Below, one piece after another: positions 26,601 to 39,300 of a stretch of 64,000 nucleotides of DNA. The DNA lies in assembly GCA_964106915.2 (NCBI GenBank), contig OZ066916.1. One strand, 5' to 3'. Numbering within the stretch: position 1 is the first letter of the stretch; each line of letters begins with the position of its first letter. Under the pieces are notes generated by a model. That model saw only the letters and a list, made by a program, of their open reading frames with translations, had not been told where the DNA came from and did not search any database. This stretch comes from Podarcis gaigeae (taxonomy: Eukaryota). A program made the translations under genes and the position numbers.

Positions 26601-29600
26601 AGGAAAGCCCTTCTCCTCACCGCAAGCTCCGGGAACAGAGGAGATGCGCAGCGCGCCTTCCCCTCTGTTCCCGGACCTGTCCTGAAGGCTTGCAGTGGGG
26701 AGAAAAGCCCTTCTCCGCACCGCCAGCCCGGCAAGCGGTTTCCATAGGAACGCATTAATTGATTTTCAGTGCATTCCTATGGGAAACCGTGCTTCGCAAG
26801 ACAAAAAACTCGCAAGAAGAAAAAACTCGTGGAACGAATTAATTTCGTCTAGCGAGGTACCACTGTAACCTGAAGCGTATGTAACCCAAGGTACCACTGT
26901 ACAGAATTTATAGAAAATATTGCCAAGATTTAGAAAAGATTTTTAACACAGTCAGTACTTGAAAACTTTCAAAACTTGAAAGGCCAGAGTTTTGGGGATA
27001 TATGGAGAATCCCTGCTTCAGAAGCAAGGAGCCTATTGTCCTCCAGATGTTGCTGAATTACAACTCCCCCTGTTCCTGACCATTGGGCTGGGGCTGATGG
27101 AAGCTGAGAGCCCAACAACATCTGGGAGACAAAGGATTACCCACAACAGCCTGCATGAAGAACAGCTTTTAAGCATATTGTGATGGCCAACCGTGAAGGA
27201 TGTTTGGAATTTGGAAACTATGAATGAACTTGCAGTATATAACCAAAGGTATAACCGAGTTGTTATTCTGTCTGAACATGTGAAAGTTTGAAGAGCCTAA
27301 AGGGGATAGGGAAATTATTAATATTCATTTTAACAGCTGCTCAATGTACAATCAATTACATATGGAAACCAAAAGGCCCCGTGCCCTAAAAAAATGTATG
27401 ATGAGGTGCTCATGCTGAAACTCATAAATATTAACAGAATTGGAGGGGGCAGACTGGGAAATAAGATTTGTTTGAGAAATGGACCGTTTTTGTTATGCAT
27501 AGGAAACACACACACAAGCAAGTATATAAATATATAATGAAACAGTTGGAATAAGAGCACATTGTTTATAAAAAACAGTTTTGTTGACTATACATTTCTG
27601 ATTTAATTTCTTTGTGCATCCATTTTTTTAAAAAAAGAATACATTGATACACACAAATATTATGCTTGGTCTTTTTAGTTCCAATTACTAGAGATGTCAG
27701 TGAGGTTTGCTGGGCTCAGGCTCAGAATTGAGACTCTGGGATCCTGTAAGGCTCAACCCAAAGGGAGAGGTGAACATTAGAAGGTTAATCCCCCCCCCCC
27801 CCAGTTCAGGTTAACATATTGGGCTGGAAAAGGCTTCCCAGTGCATTCCTTCTTTGCAGAGCAGCCCCAGAGGAAACTGGTGTTGAGGGCAAAAACTTAA
27901 CCCCAAATGGGATCATCTTCCCCCATAGGAGGGAAGGGCTTTTGCTCAGAAGCCCCAATTTTCCACAGTCCCAATCCCAGCTTCTCATTTTATCTGGGCC
28001 TCAGAAAGTCAGCCAAGTTCTTCTTCCTCCCCACAAAAAGCCGGGGGGGGGGGGCTCCGACTATTTCTGAGGCAAGTAGCAGAGAACTTCCCCTTTCCCT
28101 GTGGTTATATGCTTCTGCTAATACTTGAACAGGTTCTTCCAGTGCAGGGAAGTTTGCATATTAATCCAAGGTCAGGTTAGCCAGAACAGGTGCAACCGCT
28201 TCTTGCTCTTGACACTTCTCCACATTCCCCATGAATAATGATATTGATAGCCTTTATTTCAGTATAAGAGCAATCTTTCTCGTAGATTTCCAAACCCTAA
28301 ACTGGGAAGGGTAAATACAAGCACACTAGCGAACTTCCCCAACCTTCCCAACAATCTCCAGATGTTTGGTACTACCACTCCTATTGGACCTTATCAGCAC
28401 AGCACAGCTGGATGGGGTTGATGGGAGTTGCAGTCCAACACATCTGGAGGGCACTGAATTGGAAAAGGCTGCACTACAGAGAAAAGAGGAATCAGTGAAA
28501 CCTTCTATATACATGATGGCTTCTTTCTGCCATCCATTACTGACAGCAGTTCAGACAACACTTTAAGAACGTATTTGCCACCCAATCCTAAGTTTGGAAG
28601 CCCATCAAATTTAGGTACATGTTAAAAAATTGCCTGAAGCAGTGTCAGACCACTCAGGATTGTCTATGTTGACTAGCAATGACACTCCAGGGTTTCAGAC
28701 AAGTGCCATGCCTATAGTCCTACCCAGAAATGCCAGAATTAAAGCTGGCATCTTCTGCATGTGATTCAGATGTTCTACAACTGAACAATTGGCCCTTCGG
28801 TACACATTTTGATGGGACACATTCCCAAGTAAAGGTACACAGGATTGCAGTCCAGGGAAGTGTTTCATATCTTTTCATTACTAGCCTTCTCTCTAGTTGT
28901 TGCTCCTTATTTGGTTTTATGCAGCAACATTTTAGGACCAAATTGCTCCAGAGGAAAACAGGAACCTTTAATTCTTGCAAGTATAAACATAATAGTGCAA
29001 TTGCTGTGTGTGTTATTTCCTATTGTTTTAGTAAGTAATTGATTTTTGTAGCAGTTATTTATGATTTTGAATACAGAACAGCAGCATGTGGCTAAAGGAC
29101 AAACATTTAAATGAGCCTAATATGTGGCTGATGTCACCACAGGTTGAGAATGCAATTACATTGCTCTAAAAAGGAATGCACAGCACTTTTTGATTCAGTA
29201 AAAATAACACAAAGCACCTCTGGATAAATATTCACTTCAAAAAGGGAACTGAAGCACTAGCTAGATCATCTGACAGATTATCGCATCCATAATAAATGGA
29301 GCATCAGCTAATTTATTATTTTATTATTTACTAATTTCATAGTTTAATAGAACACCCCTATGTCTGGCTCTCAGGCACATAAATGAGTAAAGTCTGACAT
29401 TCCCAAAATGGGAAAAGGTGTCTCCTGAACCTGTGCATCTTTCCAAGTTTTCTATACAGGAAATTATTTTTGCAGATTTGTAAAATAGGGAGTCTAACAG
29501 ACAAATGGATTTCTCCATTTTCAGAACTGGAGAAAGCATCGGGATATTGAAAGTCATCCCACAGCTGAACAATCTACATGCCAGCAAATAAACCCTATGA

Positions 29601-32600
29601 CTTGATTGGTACTTAAAGTCAGGAAAAAGGAGCTCCACCTCACCTGAATCTGCTGCCTGAACAAACTGCTTCCCTTTGTTTCATGTGAAGACCTGTTTCA
29701 CAAACTAAAGCTAGACTTCGCAAAATATATGCAAGGCCCCCTTGTCAGTAAAACACAAAACTTCATCTTCTTCCTAGCAAATTTAAACCCAGCAGCATGG
29801 CCGTATCCTCTAAGCAGCATGCAACAAGCAAAGCAGCCTTTAGAAAATGCCCTCTTGTTGAGATTTGTGAAACAGTGTCTCCTCCAACTTAACCCTAATA
29901 GCCTACATTCCTATACAGGTTTTTTTTTTTTTAAGTGAGGCTAAACCAAAAGCCACAAACCAGGAACTCACTTTTTCCTTTGACTCATTTTGCTGCTTGA
30001 AGATATCTCTCACATCAGGAACTTGGTACTGCTTGTTTTTCTTCCTCATTGTCTGTGTGACTGTCTCCACTCGTTTCTGCACGGCTGCTGCCTGTGTACG
30101 CGTCAGCGTAGCCAAAACCACCATGCTTTCTTGAGAGTCAGCAGCTGCTTCACCAAAGAGGTTTGACAAACCGGCTTCTTTTAACCACTCTTCTTCCAAT
30201 TCCCCCTCTGGCCCAGACAAAAGAAGATAAAAATTAATTTGATGACATTTGCATGACCGCAAATTTGATGACATTTGCATGACCATGGGTTTGCGTTATA
30301 CCCAAAGTCAGCCATAGATTTCTGCAGGAAAGTGAGAGGTATATAAAAAAACCAAACTGCAAGCAGTTCCATGGAAGCTGTTCCTTATACAATCTGCACA
30401 GAAACCTTTGGTTCTTCCCCCATACATATTCCCTGTAAAATAGGATTGTGGCGGGGTTGGGGGGGTGGAATCTGTTTCCTACATGGAATTAGAAAGCCCA
30501 GCACCAGAATTTATATACAATTGCCACATTCAATGGATTTGTACACCATTTCTGCTAGTTCGGCCTTCGCTCCCAGCTGTAACAGTGCCTTGTTTTCTTA
30601 GTACAACTCTTCATTAGTTTAATTTAATCAGAGGTTATCAAGGCTAATGGGTGATCTTACTGCAAATGGGTGATTGTATTGCAGCATCCAATTATGCTTG
30701 CTGCTGCGTTCTCTACTCCTTAGTGATTTTCAGTAAGGTGATCATTTCCTCATTGTTTCTAGATGGCAACACATTGTTTACTAAAAACAAAACAGTCCCA
30801 GCAAACAAAAAACGCAGGCCATTTGCTATATATAGAAATAACTAGCAAGGTTTTTTTTTTTCATGTTAGGAATATAAGAAGCTACTCATACAAAAGAGAG
30901 GATTGCAGAAGTGTGCTTTAATGTCAGAGAAATGGCATCGACTTAGAACATTTCCTAGGAAACATTTACCTGAACCTCAGCATTTGTTCGCTAAAATTAG
31001 TATAGAAAACAGAAGTGCATTCTCAGTAAAAGGGTTCTAAGGTATTATCTCCCCCCCCCCCCCAGCTTCAGAGTCCTTGCCAAGAAAACATGATTATATG
31101 TTCATACACACACACCTCCAATCAGAATTTATTTTGCATAATTTTAAACATTAAAGACGCTCTATTGCGGAGTGGGGAGGGTATTTTACTCAAATGTAAT
31201 ATTATTTGAGAGTATGATCTTGTTCCTCCATTGTTGATAGTGGTGGTGGCAATATGTAACTGCCTCTCCACTGTCTTTGGGCAGTAGAGGCATGCTGCTA
31301 GTGTTCCAAAGTGGCGGAGGTCCCATCATAGCCCAGTAAGTGAGGTCCCATCATTGCCAGCAGTGGCAAGTGAATGGAAAGCATTGAAATGGGGAGTTGC
31401 AGGGTGGCAGCAAGTTTAGAATCACAGGATCCAAAATCCCTGAATCCCTCAGACCCAAAGTCTTGTGGATTCCTCAAGGGGCCCATTCCTTGGGCCTCTC
31501 AATGACGCCAGCCTGGAGCAGGTGTGGTGAAACATTATGAGGAAACCCCCACATTTCACCTTGACTGACAATTGTGTTTTTTAAGAACAGTCCCTACCAC
31601 ACCCACTATAAATAGGTCTGAGATATCATGTACCTATTAACCTATTGACTACCATATAGTCAAATGCATTTGGCAACTGAAAGGGCTGTTTATTTGCACT
31701 AGGGTGTTTAGTTGCTTTCTCTTTTTTCCAAATACACTGCATTTTACTACTGTAGGTAGAAGCTGTTTTATCGTTGTTGTTTTTACTATATAATTCTGAC
31801 TTCCTACAGGAATTATTGCTCTTTGTGTGATTCTGGGTACTATGGTAACCAGAATAGATATGACTTCTGAAGAAGCAAAAGAACTTTCCATTACCCTTAC
31901 CAAAGCAGTGGTCAAAATCCAGTGACAGTTTATTGCAAAACAGCAGAAATGTAAATGAAGAAAAGAGGAAATTCTCTCTTGCTGCAAAAGCTTTAAAAAG
32001 CACATCTTGGGGCAATAATATGCATAAGTTATGAATTCAAGCAAGTACTTTCTTAAAGTATCATGGTTTTCCTCCAGTTCAGGATAGTCTAGTCCACAAC
32101 AGCAATTCCAGGTCCTTGAAAATAATTGCCATTACACAGTCAATGTGTTGCCAGATTTACAGAGGCATGAGTCAATTCCAACTGACCAAATCTTAAATCT
32201 ATCTTGGTACGTGGTTTCAAGCACAATAAATGAAAGATCTAAAACAGAGTCTTCAAAACAGAGAAACGGTTTTCTTAATTCCAGTTATAATTACCATCAG
32301 GCTCCTTCACCAGAACCACTGCTTGTTCTTCAGAGTTATTGCCTCTGGTTTCATTAATGTTTTCAAGTTCTTTCCAGTAGTCATCCATGGATAATTCATC
32401 GAGTGAATCTTGAGAACCTGAACGGTTATAAGGGGGCTTCCCTGAGGGCTTCTTAGAGTTGTCATGGTTCATATTATATTGACCAGATCTCCTGCTAGAA
32501 AACACACACACAGAGAGAGAGAGAGACTTAATAATGTGGTGCATAGTTTACAGTAACATCAGCAAAGCCAATTAGAAACATACCACTGGTCTTCATACAA

Positions 32601-33332
32601 CTTTTAACATTTCAAAATGTGACATTTTAAGTAGCAATTTGTCTTTTATCAATATTTCTAGACTTTGAAGACCAATGCATATTTTATAAAGTGTGGAGTG
32701 GAGAGGAGGGTTTCCACTTTCTCAAAGTATGAATTACAGTAAGTCTGCAACTTATATGCTTTCAGCTTCACGTGTGTAGCATAAAATTAAAAAAATTAAA
32801 AGGGGACAGGAAAGGGGTGGGTTTCTGAGGGAAATGATGTTGGCAACCCTACCCACCATTGAACCCAATGTGTTTTGACTACACGCGATTTTGGTTTTAG
32901 TCACGATCCCTGAAACATAACCCCCATGTTAAGTTACAGGCTTACTGTACTTTTAAAACATCTCATCAATACTGAGGAGTCCATTGCTCTCCCTGAAGGA
33001 GGAAGAATTAGTTTTTTTCCCAGAGTAGGGCAATAGCTAACTGAATTGTTTATCACTTTGTAGCTGTATTTAGATATAAACACTTCAAATATGAATCAGC
33101 TCTTCTGGGACAGCTTGTGCTGAACTGAAGAAAACAAGTTCAATATTCTGAAGTTCACCCTGGCATTCAGATTGAGGCAGGACTTTAGCTTCTGTAGTTC
33201 CTATTTTTTAAAGAAATGTAGCTTTCTATGTGAGCCTCCGTGGCAAAGGCAGGACATTTTGCCCCACAATGTGCACTTACTCATTGAGCTATATGGAGCT
33301 AACTCCTAGAAAAGCAAGTCTAAAGGTCACAG

Positions 33333-33368
<36 letters not shown>

Positions 33369-36300
33369 AAACATGTTTCCTCTTTTACATCATTTAAATA
33401 CATTCCTCCCTCTTAATTTCCTGCTCCAACAAATCTATCTGGAGTTTCAACAGCGTTATGTACTTTGCTTCCTTGATTTTTGATATAGCCAGTGCTTTTT
33501 TTTCTGGGGGGACGCAGGGGGACACATACCCCTAAACATTTTGTGTATCTAAGTTTGGCTTCATTGAGGGGCAGTATTTCAAAATGAGTAGGAAAATGAG
33601 AGTACTTGTAAACATTCTTTTAGGGGGGGGGGAGCACTGAATATAGCAATGAAAAAGGCATTACTCTGTAGATTCATTTCCATGAATTCAATATGACATA
33701 GCAACTCCTGACCATGAATGACCATCCATGACAATCCTTTAGGTAGGCACACCAGGAAGAGAAAAAACAAACCCTGAACTTTCCGTGACTTCTGAGTCCC
33801 ATTTATGTCCATTCTCCCTAGGAGGTTAGAACCAATCAGTATCACAGAGGAAAGGTGCACGGAAACCCATTCACAAAAGGTTTGCGCTAACAGGGTTTTC
33901 TATGTCCTGTGCAGATTAATGTAACAGTAGCCCAAGGGATACCAATTACCTTCACAGCAATTCCTGGTAGTTAAAGGCAACAGGGTAACAATGTTAGCGG
34001 GATATAATGGCTGGGGTAGAGAAGGATGTTTCTCACTGATCACACAAAAAAAATATTAAAATACACATGAGTATATTTTTTTTTTTATAATAATTTTTAT
34101 TAAGGTTTTCCAAATTAAAACAAATCAAAACCAATTAAATCCAATCTATAAACTTTTTGCCAATAACTAGGACTTCCCCTCCCTACCCCCTCTTGTGTTC
34201 CAAATCTTCCAAATAAGCAATTAAATTCAACAAGTTCTTATCCCCAAATTACACTCTTCATCAATAACCCAATTTATCCAAATTCTCATCCCCTAAGATC
34301 GATCTATACCCTTCCACGAGTTTCCCCCTTTCAAACATAGTACAGATGGAAGTAAGATAAATATGAATAATAATTTTACAGCCTTTGGATTCCAATTTTC
34401 CCTCCCCTCTTTCCCCTTTGCGTTTCACCTATCCCTCCACTTCTAATATCTTCCTGGAGTTCCCACATTACACTATGTCCCTCCGGTCCTTTGCCAGTCT
34501 TTAATTACGGATGTCCAATCGTAGAAGGAGTCTATCAAATAAGGGCCCATTTCTTCTATCCAGGTTTTTATATCCAGGAGTAAAAACTCCAATTTTGTAT
34601 CCATAAGCTTGTCAAACCTGAATATCCCAAATGTTCCCCCAGTTCTGTCCAGTTCTTGTTATTTCCTTGTTCTTATCAATCATTCTCCTCCTTTTTATTT
34701 CTCTGTTCTCCCACAGAAATGTTCTTTTTCCAAAAGTTTCTAGTGTCTCTGCAGAGGTTTGTTATTCATGGAGCAAAGCATTGCATCATGTTCCTTTCAT
34801 TTTCCAACAAATAGTTCCATTGTTTCCTGTAGTGTGTAGACCTCTGTAGACAAAATAATGTTCCATTCCTGCAGTTTCCCAGGAGATTAAAAGTTCCATT
34901 CAACTGTTCAGATTTCCTGTGAAAAACACATGCAATATCCCTCGGCTCCTCTAGGTGGATTGCAGTAACAAAGTTCCCTTCCAGAATCACATCCACCAGA
35001 CCAAGTAGCTTGTTGACCGATATTTAAAACAGTTTGTATTCAATTTGTAACAAATATAACCGGCAAAGTCCTCATAACAAAGTCTCTATTTTAATCTTCC
35101 TTTTTGACAGCTCTTTGACAGCTGTCAAAACCTCCATCACTTTTCTCCAGGCAGTTTCACGAATCGCTCCAGGGATTCCGGGGGGGTTGCTTTTTTTAAA
35201 ACAATTCCACTTTTCTCCTCCAGCTCAATCTTATAATTTTCCCTCGCAAAGTTGCTGATTCGGCAAGATAAGGTTACACTCGATCTTAGTTGTCCAGTCC
35301 TTTGTTTTGGCTCTTCTACAATTTAGGGGTGGGCTGACTTCCTTTTTTCCACCTCCCCCGTTCGCTCCAAATTTTAAAAATTTATCCCCTTTTTTTTAGT
35401 CCATATTCCAATTACTCACGGGTTCTTCTTTAGAGCCGAATTTTCAATAGAAGAAGTCAGCGCTCTCCGCCGGATGGCATGCGGCTGCGCTCGGCAGGGA
35501 TAGCAGAGAACTCAAAGCACCACGCTTCTCCCCGGCACCCGATCCGTAGCCTTTAAAAAGGCTCCTTCACGAGTCGGGAGAGCGCTAACGGTGCCAGCCG
35601 AGTCTCCATGTCCACGGCCTCAATCTGGCCGTGGTTTTTAAGGGTCCCCGCATCGCCGGTGCGGTAGGACCCAGCCCCTGCCAAGCCGGCTCCCTCCGGA
35701 GCTCGGAGGGAGCCCGCCATTCGGCGATGGCGCCGACCCGGAAGTCTAAAATACACATGCGTATAAACTAAGTTGCTGGAAACCTAAAACCAACTTCATT
35801 GCTACTATGGCCACTATTCCTGCAGAATCTAGATCCAAGAGAAAATGGAAACCGTTTAATTTAAGAAATGATAGCTAATACTGGCCTAGCTCATGACATA
35901 AGGACCCTAAAACATTAAATATACCTTTTCTAATTTTAATCCAGTAGAACCAGAAGGGATAGCAGTGCACTTGTTACAGACCTATTTTCCAGTTGCAAAA
36001 TAACTCATTGTAGGCTGGTCTGCTTATGGAAGTCAAGAGTGTTGAGCTACCATTTATATCATGTTGGAAGATAGAAGAAAATCTGCATTCACGTAAAGCA
36101 CAATGCCTATATAATTGCAGGTCTAGAATCTGGGCTTTACTATGGCAGACAGAACACTCGCTTTCCACACAGCAAGATTTCTATGTGAGGCTGATTCAAG
36201 CAGTACATACATAAATACATACATATATATAATTATGAGAACTATACCACACCCTGATTATGTGAGACTTGCCTCAAAGGGCCAAATCAGAAAGGATGTT

Positions 36301-39300
36301 AAATTTCCAGCTGCCACCAAAACCAGCAGCCACGCACGCCGTTAGTTTCCCTTCAAAGAGTCAGGTAAACCTCACTGCAATGGTGCTACCACAATACTGC
36401 TTTTCACTTACACCCGCTTGACATCATTGGTTGCTGCCAGATGAGAACAGGCAAATGCATGATATAATGATGGCAAGTAGTAAAGTAGCATATACACGTG
36501 AAATATAGCACACATAGCACCCAGTCTAGAGCCCTAAGAGTGGGGAAATGAAACTTGCAATCTAAGAAAGAAGATGTTGAAATGCAAATCATTGTGGTAA
36601 ACAATGTTTTAGCTTATAATTTAACAGTTTTAGCTTTTAGTGTTTCCAAAAGTTACGATATGGTAACTAAGCCATTTCCAAGGGTTCTGGTTTTCTCTAT
36701 TCTTCCCTTCACATGATGCTCCCATGTCATTACAGCAATGTTCCAGATTTTACACAAGCATTCCTCAGCAGACTAGGGTGAGTCCTCTAGGGACAATAAG
36801 ATTCTGGGATTCCAAAAATACCATATTTTTCACTCTATAAGACGCACCAGACCACAAGACACACCTAGTTTTTGGAGGAGAAAAACAAGAAAAAAAATAT
36901 TCTGAATCTCAGAAGCCAGAACAGCAAGAGGAATCGCTGTGAAGTGAAAGCAGCAATCCCTCTTGCTGTTCTGGCTTCTGGGATAGCTGCGCAGCCTGCA
37001 TTCACTCCATAAGACACACACACATTTCCCCTTACTTTTTAGGAGGAGAAAAGTGAGTCTTATAGAGCAAAAAATACGGTAATGTATTATGTTATTTTCT
37101 TACACAATTGTTTTGATATTTCAACAAAACATGAACTGGATGGGAAAGAACCAATAGTTTGCTATCATCTTTTCAAAATCCATGGAGTTTAGAACCATGA
37201 AAAATGTTTGTTTAAAAAAAAGCCTGCTTTGTTTCTGCTACAGCCCTAACATTTATCACTGTGTTTTTCTGCAAATCTTGTTTACTTTCTAGGGAAAGAA
37301 CACAATTGTTTTGGTACAAGGAAAATCTGCTGGACTCTTGGAAGAAGTCTACCACACTGTCACCAAGTTTCAAATGTTTTTTCTCTTATATAGCAATAAC
37401 TTCTGTATACAAAAATGCTATTTTCTAGAATTATTGCTACAAGTTATTAAACAAATCTGGTTAACTAAGTGTGCTGGGGAAATGGCTAAATTCCTTAGAG
37501 ATAATATGCCCTTTAAAATGTTATACACCTGAATCTGGCATTTCTCCACCTTCCAAACCAAGCATTGGTTTGAAGAAAAGATGTTGAAGAGCACTGTGTA
37601 GAAAACACAGTATATAACATTGCATTATCTAGTGAGACATGCCTCAAATTTGCATCGCCTCTTGCAAATCAGCAGTACCAGTTGAATATGCAAATAATGT
37701 GTGCTGCTCAGGTACAGGAACATAGGAAGCTGCCTAATGCCAAGCCAGACGATTGGCTCATTTAGCTCAGTATTGTTGACACTGGCTGGCAGCTGCTCTC
37801 CAAAGTTTCAGTCAGTCAGGGGATACTTCAAGACCTAATTGGAGATGTTATATACTCTATGTCACTGAGCTGCAGCCCCTCTCCAACTTGTACAGCTTTA
37901 AATTGTGATTGACAGCTATCATGCATATTAACATTAATACAATAAAGAAACAAAAGTATTCCTTTCTACTAGGCTTTTTTCACTTGCAGTGGTACCTTGG
38001 TTCTCAAACTTAATCCATTCCAGAAGTCCGTTCCAAAACCAAAGCGTTCCAAAACCAAGGCATGCTTTCCCACAGAAAGTAATGGAAAATGGATTAATCC
38101 GTTCCAGATTTTTAATAACAATCCCAAAAAAACCAATTTAACATGAATTTTACTATCTAATGAGACCACTGATCCATAAAATGAAAGCAATAAACAATGT
38201 ACTGCAGTCACACAATCAATCAATCAGTAGCTGAATTGGGTTCCACGCAGTCACACACACACAAAAAGAGCCACAAAAATGCAAAATAAATAGCAAAAAA
38301 CAGACGGACGTCAGTGTAACAATCCACACGGAAGTGTGGCACTCAAAATGGAAGTGTAACACTCAAAACGGAAGTGTGGCACTCCAAACAGAAGGGTGGC
38401 ACTCCAAACAGAAGGGTGGCACTCAAATTGCAAGCGTAAGACTCAAATAGGCTCACCCAATAGGCTTCATAGCTGAGTGGGAATTTGAAGTCGAGTTTCC
38501 CAAGGACTCGTCTGACATTCTAACCACTACACTAGCCCTTACTAGTTCACCAACATCTTCCATAGTATTTGAAAACCTAAGAAAGGAATGGATCATGCAG
38601 AACAACAGTTACACTCAAAATATGCCAGATTAGCTTAATTTATTCCAGATCAAATACTTTGGATTTAGAAAACTTTTTACAGAAGGCCTGTGACTGCCAG
38701 AAACTGCTGATGGGATTCCCTTCCCAGCTCACCCATTGTGGCCACAGCCTCCTCTCTCGGCCTTCCCTCCAGCATCACATTTGGGTTTCAAAAAAATCCT
38801 CATACCAAAGCACAGGAAGGGGGTTTGAAGGTGAAATACATTCACTTGTGAAGGAATCACATAGGCATAGATTGGTGTCAATGCCTCACATATGCATATA
38901 CAGTGGTACCTCGGGTTACATACACTTCAGGTTACATACGCTTCAGGTTACAAACTCCGCTAACACAGAAATATTACCTCGGGTTAAGAACTTTGCTTCA
39001 GGATGAGAACAGAAATTGTGCTTCTGCAGCGCGGCGGCAGCAGGAGGCCCCATTAGCAGTGGCGTAGCGTGGGGGGTGCAGGGGGGGCTGGCCGCACCGG
39101 GCGCAACATCTGGGGGTTAGTGTTAGGGGGCGCAAATCCACGGGTTAGGGGGCGCAAATCCATGGGTTAGGGGACGCAACTTACTTGCCTTGCCCCGGGT
39201 GCTGACAACCCACGCTATGCCACTGCCCATTAGCTAAAGTGGTGCTTCAGGTTAAGAACAGTTTCAGGTTAAGAAAGGACCTCCGGAACGAATTAAGTAC

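Larger units (their letters stand above)
25490..26899 (-). mobile_element. Tigger-like MITE (family A, inverted) split by a nested transposon at 25700-26865
   Basis: TIRs at 25490 and 26899 flanked by TA; the host sequence resumes after a duplicated TA. Confidence 0.9.

Noticed and set aside
25669-26758. Long ORFs (345, 207 and 204 aa) on both strands
   Set aside because: They arise from a GC-rich ~60-bp tandem repeat inside a transposon. The peptides are periodic, with no domain or transposase motif.
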